DNA of 64,000 nucleotides from Phyllobates terribilis (Eukaryota), in contig NW_027362767.1 of the NCBI RefSeq assembly GCF_046119375.1, forward strand, positions 257,796,001 to 257,860,000, read 5' to 3'. Of this stretch, positions 1 through 10,700 are shown piece after piece (the first letter of the stretch is position 1; each line of letters opens with the position of its first letter). The notes below the pieces were generated by a model. The model was not told the DNA's origin, did no database searches, and saw only the letters and a program-made list of their open reading frames with translations. Both the position numbers and the translations under genes were made by a program.

Positions 1-750
1 GATGGATGAGGCGCACACACACTCAGACTCTGGGGGTGATGGATGAGGCGCACACACACTCACACTCTGGGGGTGATAGATGAGGCACTCACACTGGGGG
101 TGATGGATGAGGCGCACTCACACTGTGGGGGTGATGGATGAGGCGCACACACACTCACACTCTGGGGTTGATGGATGAGGCGCACACACACTCAGACTCT
201 GGGGGTGATGGATGAGGCGCACACACACTCACACTCTGGGGGTGATGGATGAGGCGCGCACACACTCACACTCTGGGGGTGATGGATGAGGCGCACTCAC
301 ACTCTGGGGGTGATGGATGAGGCGCACTCACACTCTGGGGGTGATGGATGAGGCGCACTCACACTCTGTGGGGGTGATGGATGAGGCGCACACACACTCT
401 GTGGGGGTGATGGATGAGGCGCACACACACTCTGTGGGGGTGATGGATGAGGCGCACACACACTCTGTGGGGGTGATGGATGAGGCGCACACACACTCTG
501 TGGGGGTGATGGATGAGGCGCACACACACTCTGTGGGGGTGATGGATGAGGCGCACTCACACTCTGTGGGGGTGATGGATGAGGCGCACTCACACTCTGT
601 GGGGGTGATGGATGAGGCGCACTCACACTCTGTGGGGGTGATGGATGAGGCGCACTCACACTCTGTGGGGGTGATGGATGAGGCGCACTCACACTCTGTG
701 GGGGTGATGGATGAGGCGCACTCACACTCTGTGGGGGTGATGGATGAGAC
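1..750. repeat. Minisatellite, ~31-35 bp unit (GATGGATGAGGCGCACTCACACTCTGTGGGGGT), runs off the window start
   Basis: More than 20 near-identical tandem units are directly visible; they explain the repetitive ORFs at 297-780. Confidence 0.95.
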
Positions 751-786
751 ACGTCCAGGGTGGGGGCTATGGAAGGCCATGACGTA

Positions 787-2722
787 TCACAGTCCTCTTT
801 CTCGCAGCCTATGGCATGCGTTCACATACTGCGCTGCTATCTCCACCGCTTGCTCTTCTTCCCCCAGCAGGATATATGTTTTCTCTTCCTCCTTCATGGA
901 GTTGAAATCCGGGCAGAGATCAGAGATTCTCTTGAAGTGAGTGTCCCTCACTGCTGAGTATTTGGTGCAGTGTAGCAGGAAGTGAGTCTCATCCTCCAGG
1001 GCTTCCAGGTCACAGTGTGGGCACAGTCTGTCTTCTCTGGGCTTGTAGCTCTGTGTGAGCTGGCCAACCTCAATGGCCAGATTGTGGGCACAGGGTCTAT
1101 AGCAGCTCAGGATCTGGCTTTTTCTGGGGTCCGGGAGTTTCTCCAGGTATGGAGTCAGTCTGTATTCTCTCTGTAGACTCCGGTACATGGTCAGTTTCTG
1201 TGAGGCGATGATATAGTTCCTCCAGTCACTGACAATTCTCTCCTGGCCTTCGTCTACCATCTTCCTGATTCTGGCTTTTGTCAGGCTGCTGTGGTTGTTG
1301 TTTCGGTCAGGTTGGGTTTGGTCGAGGTGGGTTTATGTAGCAGGGCTTTATGGTGATGGGAGCTTGGATTATTAATATGTAGGTGAGACTGGAAGGACAG
1401 TGCCCTCTTCAGGACTGCTAGGTGCAGTGGGAATCTGCCCAGCTCAGCCCGACATTCACTGTTGGTGGTGCTCCGATGGACCTGGAGAAGGTGCTTACAG
1501 AATTCCAGGTGGAATATTTCTGTTGGGCTGGAATCCCACCTTGACCAGTCTGGGTATGTGTGAGAACCCCAGACTTCGCTGCCGTACAGGAGGATTGGGG
1601 TGATGATGGCATCGAAGATTTTTAGCTAGACCCTCACTGGCGGCTTCAAATAGTAGAGTTTCCTACGGATGGTATTATAGGTTTTGCAGGCCTTGTCCTT
1701 CAGGGTCTCTATGGCGTGTTTGAAGCTCCCTGACCGGTGAATTTCCAGGCCCAGGTAGGTGTTTCTGTGAGAGCGCAGTTGTTTAGCATTAATGAAGGGT
1801 GCTGGTCCAATCTTGTCTTTCTCTTCTGGAACACCATGATGTTGGTTTTGTTTGGGTTGATGGGTAATGCCCATGTGGAGCTGAATTTCTCCAAGATTTT
1901 CAGGTGGTCTTGGAGACTTTTCTCAGTTTGTGACAGCAGCAGTAGGTCATCTGCATACAGATGAGCGTCATGGAGTGTGAGACCTGGTGCCGCGGAGGAT
2001 TCCAGGGCAGTGGCAAGCTGATTGATGAAGATGTTGAAAAGCGTTGGACTTAGGCTGCAGCTCCGTGTGACTCCTCGGCTATGCTGGAAATCAGCCATTC
2101 TTTTCCCGTTCACCCTCACGCTGCAGCGGTTCTCAGTGTAGGAGCTTTTGATGACATCGTAGGTCTTTCCTCCTATTCCGCTCTCCAGCTGTTTCAGGAA
2201 CAGACCCGGGTGCCATATTGAGTCAAAGGCCTTTTTAAAGTGTACAAAACAAGCGTATATCTTCCCGTGCTTTGTGTTGTGGACGTGACTCTGAATCAGA
2301 CTGTGCAGGGTGTAGATGTGGTCGGTGGTGCGGTGGTTTGGCATGAAACCTGCTTGGCTTTTGCTGAGGACGTTGTGTTCGGTGAGGAAATGGAGGATCC
2401 TCTTGTTCAGGATACTGTTGAACAGTTTTCCCAGGTTGCTGCTGACACATATTCCTCTGTAGTTGGTAGGGTCATACCTGTCCCCACTCTTGTGGATGGG
2501 TGAGATGAGGCCTTGGTTCCAGGTGTGAGGGAAGTAGCCAGCGCTCAGCACGATGTTGAACAGTTTAGCCATTGCAGCCTTTATTTCTGGTGGGCTGTAC
2601 TTCAGCATTTCTCGTGGGATTCTATCCAGGCCGCTGGCTTTTCTACACCTTATGGAATATGGATGTTGCTTTTTGTGCCCATGTGGTTCCATAGTTCCCA
2701 GAAGGAGTTGTCTTGGAGGGCG
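787..2722 (-). mobile_element. Degenerate non-LTR retrotransposon (jockey/CR1-group-like LINE) ORF2: RT plus C-terminal Cys/His motif; 5' part cut by a gap
   Basis: Fragmented ORFs with NYRGICVSSNLGKLF, FKKAFDSIWH, SLSPTLFNIFI, LYADDL, YLGLEI and C-terminal CPHC...HFLLHC; frameshifts lie between the ORF pieces. Confidence 0.85.
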
Positions 2723-2886
2723 NNNNNNNNNNNNNNNNNNNNNNNNNNNNNNNNNNNNNNNNNNNNNNNNNNNNNNNNNNNNNNNNNNNNNNNNNNNNNN
2801 NNNNNNNNNNNNNNNNNNNNNNNNNNNNNNNNNNNNNNNNNNNNNNNNNNNNNNNNNNNNNNNNNNNNNNNNNNNNNNNNNNNNNN

Positions 2887-4504
2887 AGTTTGGACACACC
2901 TTCTCATTTAAAGATTTTTCTGTATTTTCATGACTATGAAAATTGTACATTCACACTGAAGGCATCAAAACTATGAATTAACACATGTGGAATTATATAC
3001 TTAACAAAAAAGTGTGAAACAACTGAAAATATGTCTTATATTCTAGGTTCTTCAAAGTAGCCACCTTTTGCTTTGATGACTGCTTTGCACACTCTTGGCA
3101 TTCTCTTGATAAGCTTCAAGAGGTAGTCACCGGAAATGGTCTTCCAACAATCTTGAAGGAGTTCCCAGAGATGCTTAGCACTTGTTGGCCCTTTTGCCTT
3201 CACTCTGCGGTCCAGCTCACCCCAAACCATCTCGATTGGGTTCAGGTCTGGTGACTGTGGAGGCCAGGTCATCTGGCGTAGCACCCCATCACTCTCCTTC
3301 TTGGTCAGATAGCCCTTACACAGCCTGGAGGTGTGTTTGGGGTCATTGTCCTGTTGAAAAATAAATGACGGTCCAGCTAAAAGCAAACCGGATGGAATAG
3401 CATGCCGCTGCAAGATGCTGTGGTAGCCATGCTGGTTCAGTATGCCTTCAATTTTGAATAAATCCCCAACAGTGTCACCAGCAAAGCACCCCCACACCAT
3501 CACACCTCCTCCTCCATGCTTCACGGTGGGAACCAGGCATGTAGAGTCCATCCGTTCACCTTTTCTGCGTCGCACAAAGACACGGTGGTTGGAACCAAAG
3601 ATCTCAAATTTGGACTCATCAGACCAAAGCACAGATTTCCACTGGTCTAATGTCTATTCCTTGTGTACTTTAGCCCAAACAAGTCTCTTCTGCTTGTTGC
3701 CTGTCCTTAGCAGTGGTTTCCTAGCAGCTATTTTACCATGAAGGCCTGCTGCACAAAGTCTCCTCTTAACAGTTGTTGAAGAGATGTGTCTGCTGCTAGA
3801 ACTCTGTGTGGCATTGACCTGGTCTCTAATCTGAGCTGCTGTTAACCTGCGATTTCTGAGGCTGGTGACTCGGATAAGCTTATCCTCAGAAGCAGAGGTG
3901 ACTCTTGGTCTTCCTTTCCTGGGGCGGTCCTCATGTGAGCCAGTTTCTTTGTAGCGCTTGATGGTTTTTGCAACTGCACTTGGGGACACTTTAAAAGTTT
4001 TCCCAATTTTTCGCACTGACTGACCTTCATTTCTTAAAGTAATGATGGCCACTCGTTTTTGTTTACTTAGCTGCTTTTTTTTCTTGCCATAATACAAATT
4101 CTAACAGTCTATTCAGTAGGACTATCAGTTGTGTATCCACCAGACTTCTGCACAACACAACTGATGGTCCCAACCCCATTTATAAGGCAAGAAATCCCAC
4201 TTATTAAACCTGACAGGGCACACCTGTGAAGTGAAAACCATTTCCGGTGACTACCTCTTGAAGCTCATCAAGAGAATGCCGAGAGTGTGCAAAGCAGTCA
4301 TCAAAGCAAAAGGTGGCTACTTTGAAGAACCAAGAATATAAGACATATTTTCAGTTGTTTCACACTTTTTTGTTAAGTATATAATTCCACATGTGTTAAT
4401 TCATAGTTTTGATGCCTTCAGTGTGAATGTACAATTTTCATAGTCATGAAAATACAGAAAAATCTTTAAATGAGAAGGTGTGTCCAAACTTTTGGTCTGT
4501 ACTG
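2887..4504 (-). mobile_element. Tc1-family transposon with DD38E triad (Intruder-type); transposase 4097->3036 broken by one in-frame TAG
   Basis: ~265 bp inverted repeats (2887-3140 and 4237-4504), end ...GTACTG followed by TA; ORFs 3654-4097 and 3036-3632 are in the same frame; [14 protein letters not shown] and SPDLNPIE motifs with 38 residues between the second D and E. Confidence 0.92.
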
Positions 4505-4507
4505 TAG

Positions 4508-4541
<34 letters not shown>

Positions 4542-4739
4542 TTTACTCACTTATATAGCGCCATTAATTCCACATCACTTTACAGACATTATCATCGCTG
4601 TCCCCATTGGGGCTCACAATCTAGATTCCCGATCAGTATGTCTTTGGACTGTGGGAGGAAGCCCACACAAACACTGTATATCCCTCCTCCTATTTATATA
4701 CTGTTGCCTATCACTGTATTCCCCTCCTCCTGTGCAATA

Positions 4740-5375
4740 GTACTACTACCACCACCATTACTATTACTACCACTATTACTACTACCACCAATAGTACTAC
4801 TACTACCACTGCTATTACTACCACCACCATTACTACCACCACCATTACTATTACTACTACCACCACCATTACTATTACTACTACCACCAATTGTACTACT
4901 ACCATTACTAGTACTACTACCACCACTATTACTACTACCACCACCATTACTATTACTACTACCACCACCATTACCATTACTACTACCACTACCACCACCA
5001 TTACTACTACCACCACCATTACTACTACCACCACCATTACTATTACTACTACCACCAATAGCACTACTACCACCACCATTACTATTACTACTACCACCAA
5101 TTGTACTACTACCATTACTATTACTACTACCACCATTAGTACTATTACCATTACTATTACCGCCACCATTACTATTACTACCACCACCATTACTATTACT
5201 ACTACCACCAATAGTACTACTACCACCAATAGTACTATTACCACCAATAGTACTACTACCACCACCATTACTATTACTACCACTACTATTACTACTACCA
5301 CCAATAGTACTACTACCACCACCAATAGTACTACTACCACCACCAATAGTACTACTACCACCAATAGTACTACTA
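4740..5375. repeat. ACT/ACC/ATT trinucleotide-derived low-complexity satellite abutting an assembly gap
   Basis: Continuous (ACTACC/ACCATT)n-like sequence up to the N run. Confidence 0.95.
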
Positions 5376-6059
5376 NNNNNNNNNNNNNNNNNNNNNNNNN
5401 NNNNNNNNNNNNNNNNNNNNNNNNNNNNNNNNNNNNNNNNNNNNNNNNNNNNNNNNNNNNNNNNNNNNNNNNNNNNNNNNNNNNNNNNNNNNNNNNNNNN
5501 NNNNNNNNNNNNNNNNNNNNNNNNNNTACTTCTGCCACCATTATTTCTACCACTTGCACTACTTCTGCAGAGTGAAGGGTCTTTTTAAAGGGTCTCTCCA
5601 GTGTACAAAAAACATCACCGTGCAATCTCAGGAGTTTGCTGGGATTTGTAGTTTCCCACCAGTTTAAAGATCACATGGCATGCTAGGACGGGGCCTGCAA
5701 GGACAGGCGGTCAGATTATAGCCCTCCTGTAATTTATCTTTCAGCTGATAAGTGGCACCTTATAGCATCTGTTGTAATAGTACGTAGGCTTTTGGCACTC
5801 CACCATGCTTTACACTTCAGCTTTGCTTGTTGTTGCTTAGTCTAGGCCCAAAATGTCATCTACAGACAGAAAGGGAAAAACCCTTAAAGCTGATAGTAAG
5901 ATTCCCTGTAGGGTGCTGGCGGCCATGTTGGATATCTGGATGAGCCGATGTCCGCGGCTGCAGTACAGAGCAGATGTCGGGACGTGATCTGATTTACTGC
6001 ATTATTTTGCAACCGTCTTTCAGCAGGGAATCTATAACTCCCAGTATCACAGGAATGAG

Positions 6060-6925
6060 CTGGTAGAGGCCAGTACTGGCTTACAGGGCATGCTGGGAAT
6101 TGCAGTTCTCTGCCTTGCATGTGGTGATGATCTGCTAGAGGCCAGTGCTGACTGGCGGGGCATGCTTGGAGTTGTAGTTCCCATCAGGCTCTTCCCTTGT
6201 ATGCAGAGATGAATTGCAAGAGGCCAGTGCTGAGCATGCTGGGAGTTGTAGTTCCCAGCAGGCCGTTGCCTTGCGTGCAGGGATGATCTGCTAGAGGCCA
6301 GTGCTGGGCATGCTGAGGGTTGTAGTTCCGTCAGGCCGTTGTCTTGCGTGCAGGGATGAGTTGCTAGAGGCCGGTGCTGGGCATGCTGGGGGTTGTAGTT
6401 CCCAGCAGGCGCTTGTCTTGTGAGCGGGGATGAGTTGCTAGATGCCAGGGCTGGGCATGCTGGGGGTTGTAGTTCCCGTCAGGCCATTGCCTTGCGTGCA
6501 GGTATGAGTTGCTAGTGGCCAGTGCTGGGCATGCTGGGGGTTGTAGTTCCCATCAGGACGTTGCCTTGCGTGCAGGTATGAGTTGCTAGTGGCCAGTGCT
6601 GGGCATGCTGGGGGTTGTAGTTCCCATCAGGACGTTGCCTTGCGTGCAGGGATGAGTTGCTAGTGGCCAGTGCTGGGCATACTGGGGGTTGTAGTTGCCT
6701 TGCGTGCAGGGATAAGTTGCTAGAGGCCAGTGCTGGGCATGCTGGGAGTTGTAGTTCCCAGCAGGCACTTGCCTTGCGTGCAGGGATGAGTTGCTAGTGG
6801 CCAGTGCTGGGCATGCTGGGGGTTGTAGTTGCCTTGTGTACAGGGATAAGTTGCTATAGGCCAGGGCTGGGCATGCTGGGGGTTGGAGTTGCCTTGCGTG
6901 CAGGGATAAGTTGCTAGAGGCCGGG
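6060..6925. promoter_or_regulatory. ~73 bp (variant ~61 bp) tandem array upstream of MBD1; each unit carries GCATGCTGGG(A/G)GTTGTAGT, a ZNF143/THAP11-type SBS+ACTACA motif on the - strand
   Basis: About 12 units; the reverse complement ACTACAACTCCCAGCATGC matches the established ACTACAnnTCCCA-SBS composite; the array ends ~200 bp before the first coding exon. The repeat is certain; the regulatory role is inferred. Confidence 0.6.
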
Positions 6926-7153
6926 GCTGGCTCCCAGCATTGCAGGGTGTTCCTGTCTGCTCCACTTCCTCCGCAGCTCGGTGTTGTGGGCTGGAGCAGC
7001 AGGAATGTAGTGAGTCAGAGGCTCCGGAGAGCGGAGCATCCATGTGTGTCTCCAGCGTGAGTCCCCCTCCTCCATGGCGTATTACTGCAGCTGCTCCACA
7101 CTTCCAGCGTCATTGATCATCTCCTCTTATTGTCTCAGGCGTCGCCCTGCACC

Positions 7154-7737
7154 ATGTCCGAGGGCTGGGTGGATTGGCCCATTCTGGGGCCCGGCTGGAA
7201 GAGACGGACCGTCGTCCGCAAATCCGGAGCATCTTCGGGGCAGTCGGACACCTACTATCAGAGGTATGATGGATTCGGGGACTGGGGCTAAACATGCCGC
7301 CATTCATAGTCATACCTGACCCAGGGAGAGCGGGCAGCTGCCATTATTGGTGCCGTCACCCAGCCTTCTTGGCTTTTGAATGGCACAGTATGGAAATAGG
7401 CAGATCAGGACGCCGGGAATATTGGGTGACACAAGCACGTTTGTGGCTACATTGGTTATCATGTTAATGCAGCTTTCCTATCCTTGGAAGTGAGTGGCCA
7501 CCAAATGAACGTTCACCCAGCTTTCCCAGGTTTGGATTCTCCAGTGATGCCCAGACCTTGTTTACTGCAGAAGCTGAGTGATGGCGGATGGTGAGGATCC
7601 TCCTCTCTTATTCCTTCTCTTTTAGCCCCGTAGGACAACGCTTCCGGAGCAGGAATGAGCTGGCCAAATACCTTGGGGACGCCGTGGACCTGTCACGTTT
7701 TGATTTCAAGAGCGGGGCGTTATTACCAGCGGATCAG
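7154..7737 (+). CDS. MBD1: MBD domain exons (7154-7263 and 7626-7737)
   Basis: Acceptor TCTCAG at 7137-7138, ATG at 7154, donor AG|GTATGA at 7264; the second exon is bounded by TTTTAG and CAG|GTA; translation matches the MBD fold consensus. Confidence 0.93.
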
Positions 7738-10700
7738 GTAAAAAAAGCAAAATCATCGGAGGCTACATCTGTCCGTCATGATGGTGGGGGTCTCCGCTCC
7801 AGGACCCTTAGTGCTACTCTTATCTGAGTTTTGTGTGTTGGGCTCTCTGTTAAATATGGAGACTTTTGCCTATACCAGGAATAAAGGGGATATCTGCGAC
7901 TTAAAAAAAAAAAAAAAGTGCTTAAAGGGGTTTTTCCATAAACAAAAGTTCATATTAATGAATAGATCTTGGAACAATAATAACTTCCATAATTGGATGT
8001 GGTTAAATAAAATGTTCCTGTGCTGAGATAATCTTATAAATGTGCCCCTGCTGTGTACTGTGTAATGGCTGTGTCTGACCATACAGGAACATGGTCTGAT
8101 CATACCACAGCTCCTGGGCAGGGAGGAAACAAAAGAGTATACAGACATTACAGCAGGGGATCACAGAGGATTCTTATTGTGAGATAAAACATTTCCCTGC
8201 CTGTTTTTAAACAATGTTTTATTTCAAAGAATCCTCTGTGGTATGATCAGACCATGCTCCTGTACAGTCAGATACAGCCATTACACAGTACACAGCAGGG
8301 GCACATTTATAGGATTATCTCAGCACAGGAACATTTTATTTAATCACATCCAATTGTGGAAGTTATTATCATTCCAAGATCTATTGATTAAAATAAACTT
8401 TTGTTCATGTGACAACCCCTTTAAGTAATAACTGGCATGTAGTAGTTAATCAAGCAACTACCTGCCTGATGTAGCCGGCATCGGTCCTTGACCGCTCCTG
8501 CTGGAGATTCAGCTGCTCCGCCGACAGAGCAGCAATTTCACTTCCTATTGAGAGGGCGGGACTACTGGCGTCATGCTGATTGACAGCCGGCTCCCCCCAA
8601 TTAGGCAGCGGAGTGCCGGCTGTCTTTCAGCATCAAGCCAGAAGTTCCACTGACGTGACGTCAGCGGAGGTCCGTGATTGATCTGTGCCGGCAGAGATCG
8701 TCGCCGGACACAACAGAGTTTGACAATGAAGCAAGGGCAAGCAATAGTAGGAATAGTAGCTGAGCTGGTACAACAGCGCCACACCTATGGTCCGGTTGTA
8801 AGTGGTACTGCATCTCAGTCTTATTCACTTCAATGGAACTAAAGCTGCAGTACCAGATCCGACCTGTGGACAGGTATGGCGTTTTATTAGAAAGATTTGA
8901 TTTACTGTGGTCAGCGATCTCTTACATCCCCTTGTGTCAATCACTATTCTCCTTTTTCCCCCATAGAGGAAACCTCTTAGGAAGTACAGCCGAAAACACC
9001 CAAAGTGCACGGCCAACTCTCAGGCTAAAAAGAAGCAGGAGTTGCCCCCTCCTGTGGAGCCCGACCAAGACCTGCAGAATGGGAAGGATGAGGAGCCGTC
9101 TCACATTGCGTAAGTCACAGCAGCGACTTGCTTGGAGATAGATGGCGGCATATGGGCATCTGTCAATTTTCCTGCCATCATCTCCTTTCACGCATAAATT
9201 CCAGGGGGTAAGTGCAGGATGCCGTAGTGGATGCCATCTGCTGTGTGCACATATACAATCTGACTTCCGACCGCATCACTCCACTGAAACTACCCTGACA
9301 CCAGCGACCTATTAACCGCCAAATCCAAGCGACACTACTCTGTCCTCCTCCTCCTGGACCTGTCATCTGCTTTCAACACAGTGGACCATTCCCTCTTACT
9401 ACAGACTCTCTCATCATCACAGACCTGGCCCTATCTTGGATCTCTTCATATCTAACAGATAGGACATTCAGTGTCTCCCACTCACACTCCACCTCCTCAT
9501 CTCGCCCCCCATCTGTCGGTGTCCCCCAACGTTCAGACCCCTGCTCTTCTCCATCTACACCTTCGGCCTAGTACAGCTGATAGAGTCTCACGGCTTCAGT
9601 ATCACCTCTATGCTGATGACACACAGATCTACCTCTCTGGACCCGATATCTCCTCCCTACTAACAAGAATACCACAATGTCCGTCGCCTATTTCATCATT
9701 CTTCTCTGCTAGATTTCTAAAACTTAACATGGATAAAACTGAATTCAACATCTTTCCTCCATCTCACTCAACCCCCCCATCTGACCTATCCATCAAAGTC
9801 AATGGCTGTCCACTCTCCCCAGTCCCACAAGCTCGCTGCCTTGGGGTAACCCTGGACTCTGATCTCTCCTTCAAACCACATATCCAAGCCCTTTCCACTT
9901 CCTGCCGACTCCAACTCAAAAATATCTCCCGGATCCGCACATTCCTCAACCATGAATCTGCAAAAACACTAGTGCACGCCCTCATCATCTCCCGCCTCGA
10001 CTACTGCAACCTCCTGCTCTGTGGTCTCCCTTCTAACACTCTCGCACCCCTCCAATCTATCCTAAACTCTGCTGCCCGACTAATCCACCTGTCCCCCCTC
10101 TATTTCCCAGCCTCTCCCCTCTGTCAATCCCTTCACTGGCTCCCCATTACCCAGGGATTCCAGTTCAAAACCCTAACCATGGCATACAAAGCCATCCACA
10201 ACCTGTCTCCTCCGCATATCTGTGACCTAGTCTCCCGTTACATACCTGCACGCAACCTCCGATCCTCACAAGATCTCCTGCTCTACTCTCCTCTTATCTC
10301 CTCTTCCCACAATCGCATACAAGATTTCTCTCGTGCATCCCCCCCTACTCTGGAATTCTCTACCCCAACATATCAGACTCTCGCTTACCGTGGAAACCTT
10401 CAAAAGGAACCTGAAGACCCACCTCTTCCGACAAGCCTACAACCTGCAGTAACCACCGCTCCACCATCCCGCTGCACGACCAGCTCTACCCTCACCTACT
10501 GTATCCTCACCCATCCCTCGTAGATGGTGTGCCCTCGCGGGCAGGGTCCTCGCTCCTCCTGTACCAGTCGCTGTCACATTGTGTTCAAGATTAGTGTAAT
10601 TGTTCTTGTATGTATACCCCTTTTTCACATATAAAGCGCCATGGAATTAATGTCGCTATAATAATAATAAATAATAATAATAATATAGGGCAGGAGGAAT

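Noticed and set aside
297-940. Long repetitive ORFs (Pro/Ser/His- or Cys-rich)
   Set aside because: Products of a 33 bp minisatellite that is open in several frames; no splice or domain support.
4470-5625. Poly-Leu/Pro and poly-Val ORFs of 300-370 aa
   Set aside because: Translation of a trinucleotide satellite running through an N gap.
7588-7827. ORF-track start MVRILLSY.. as the MBD1 N-terminus
   Set aside because: This is intronic read-through; the true MBD N-half is exon 7154-7263, spliced in at 7626.
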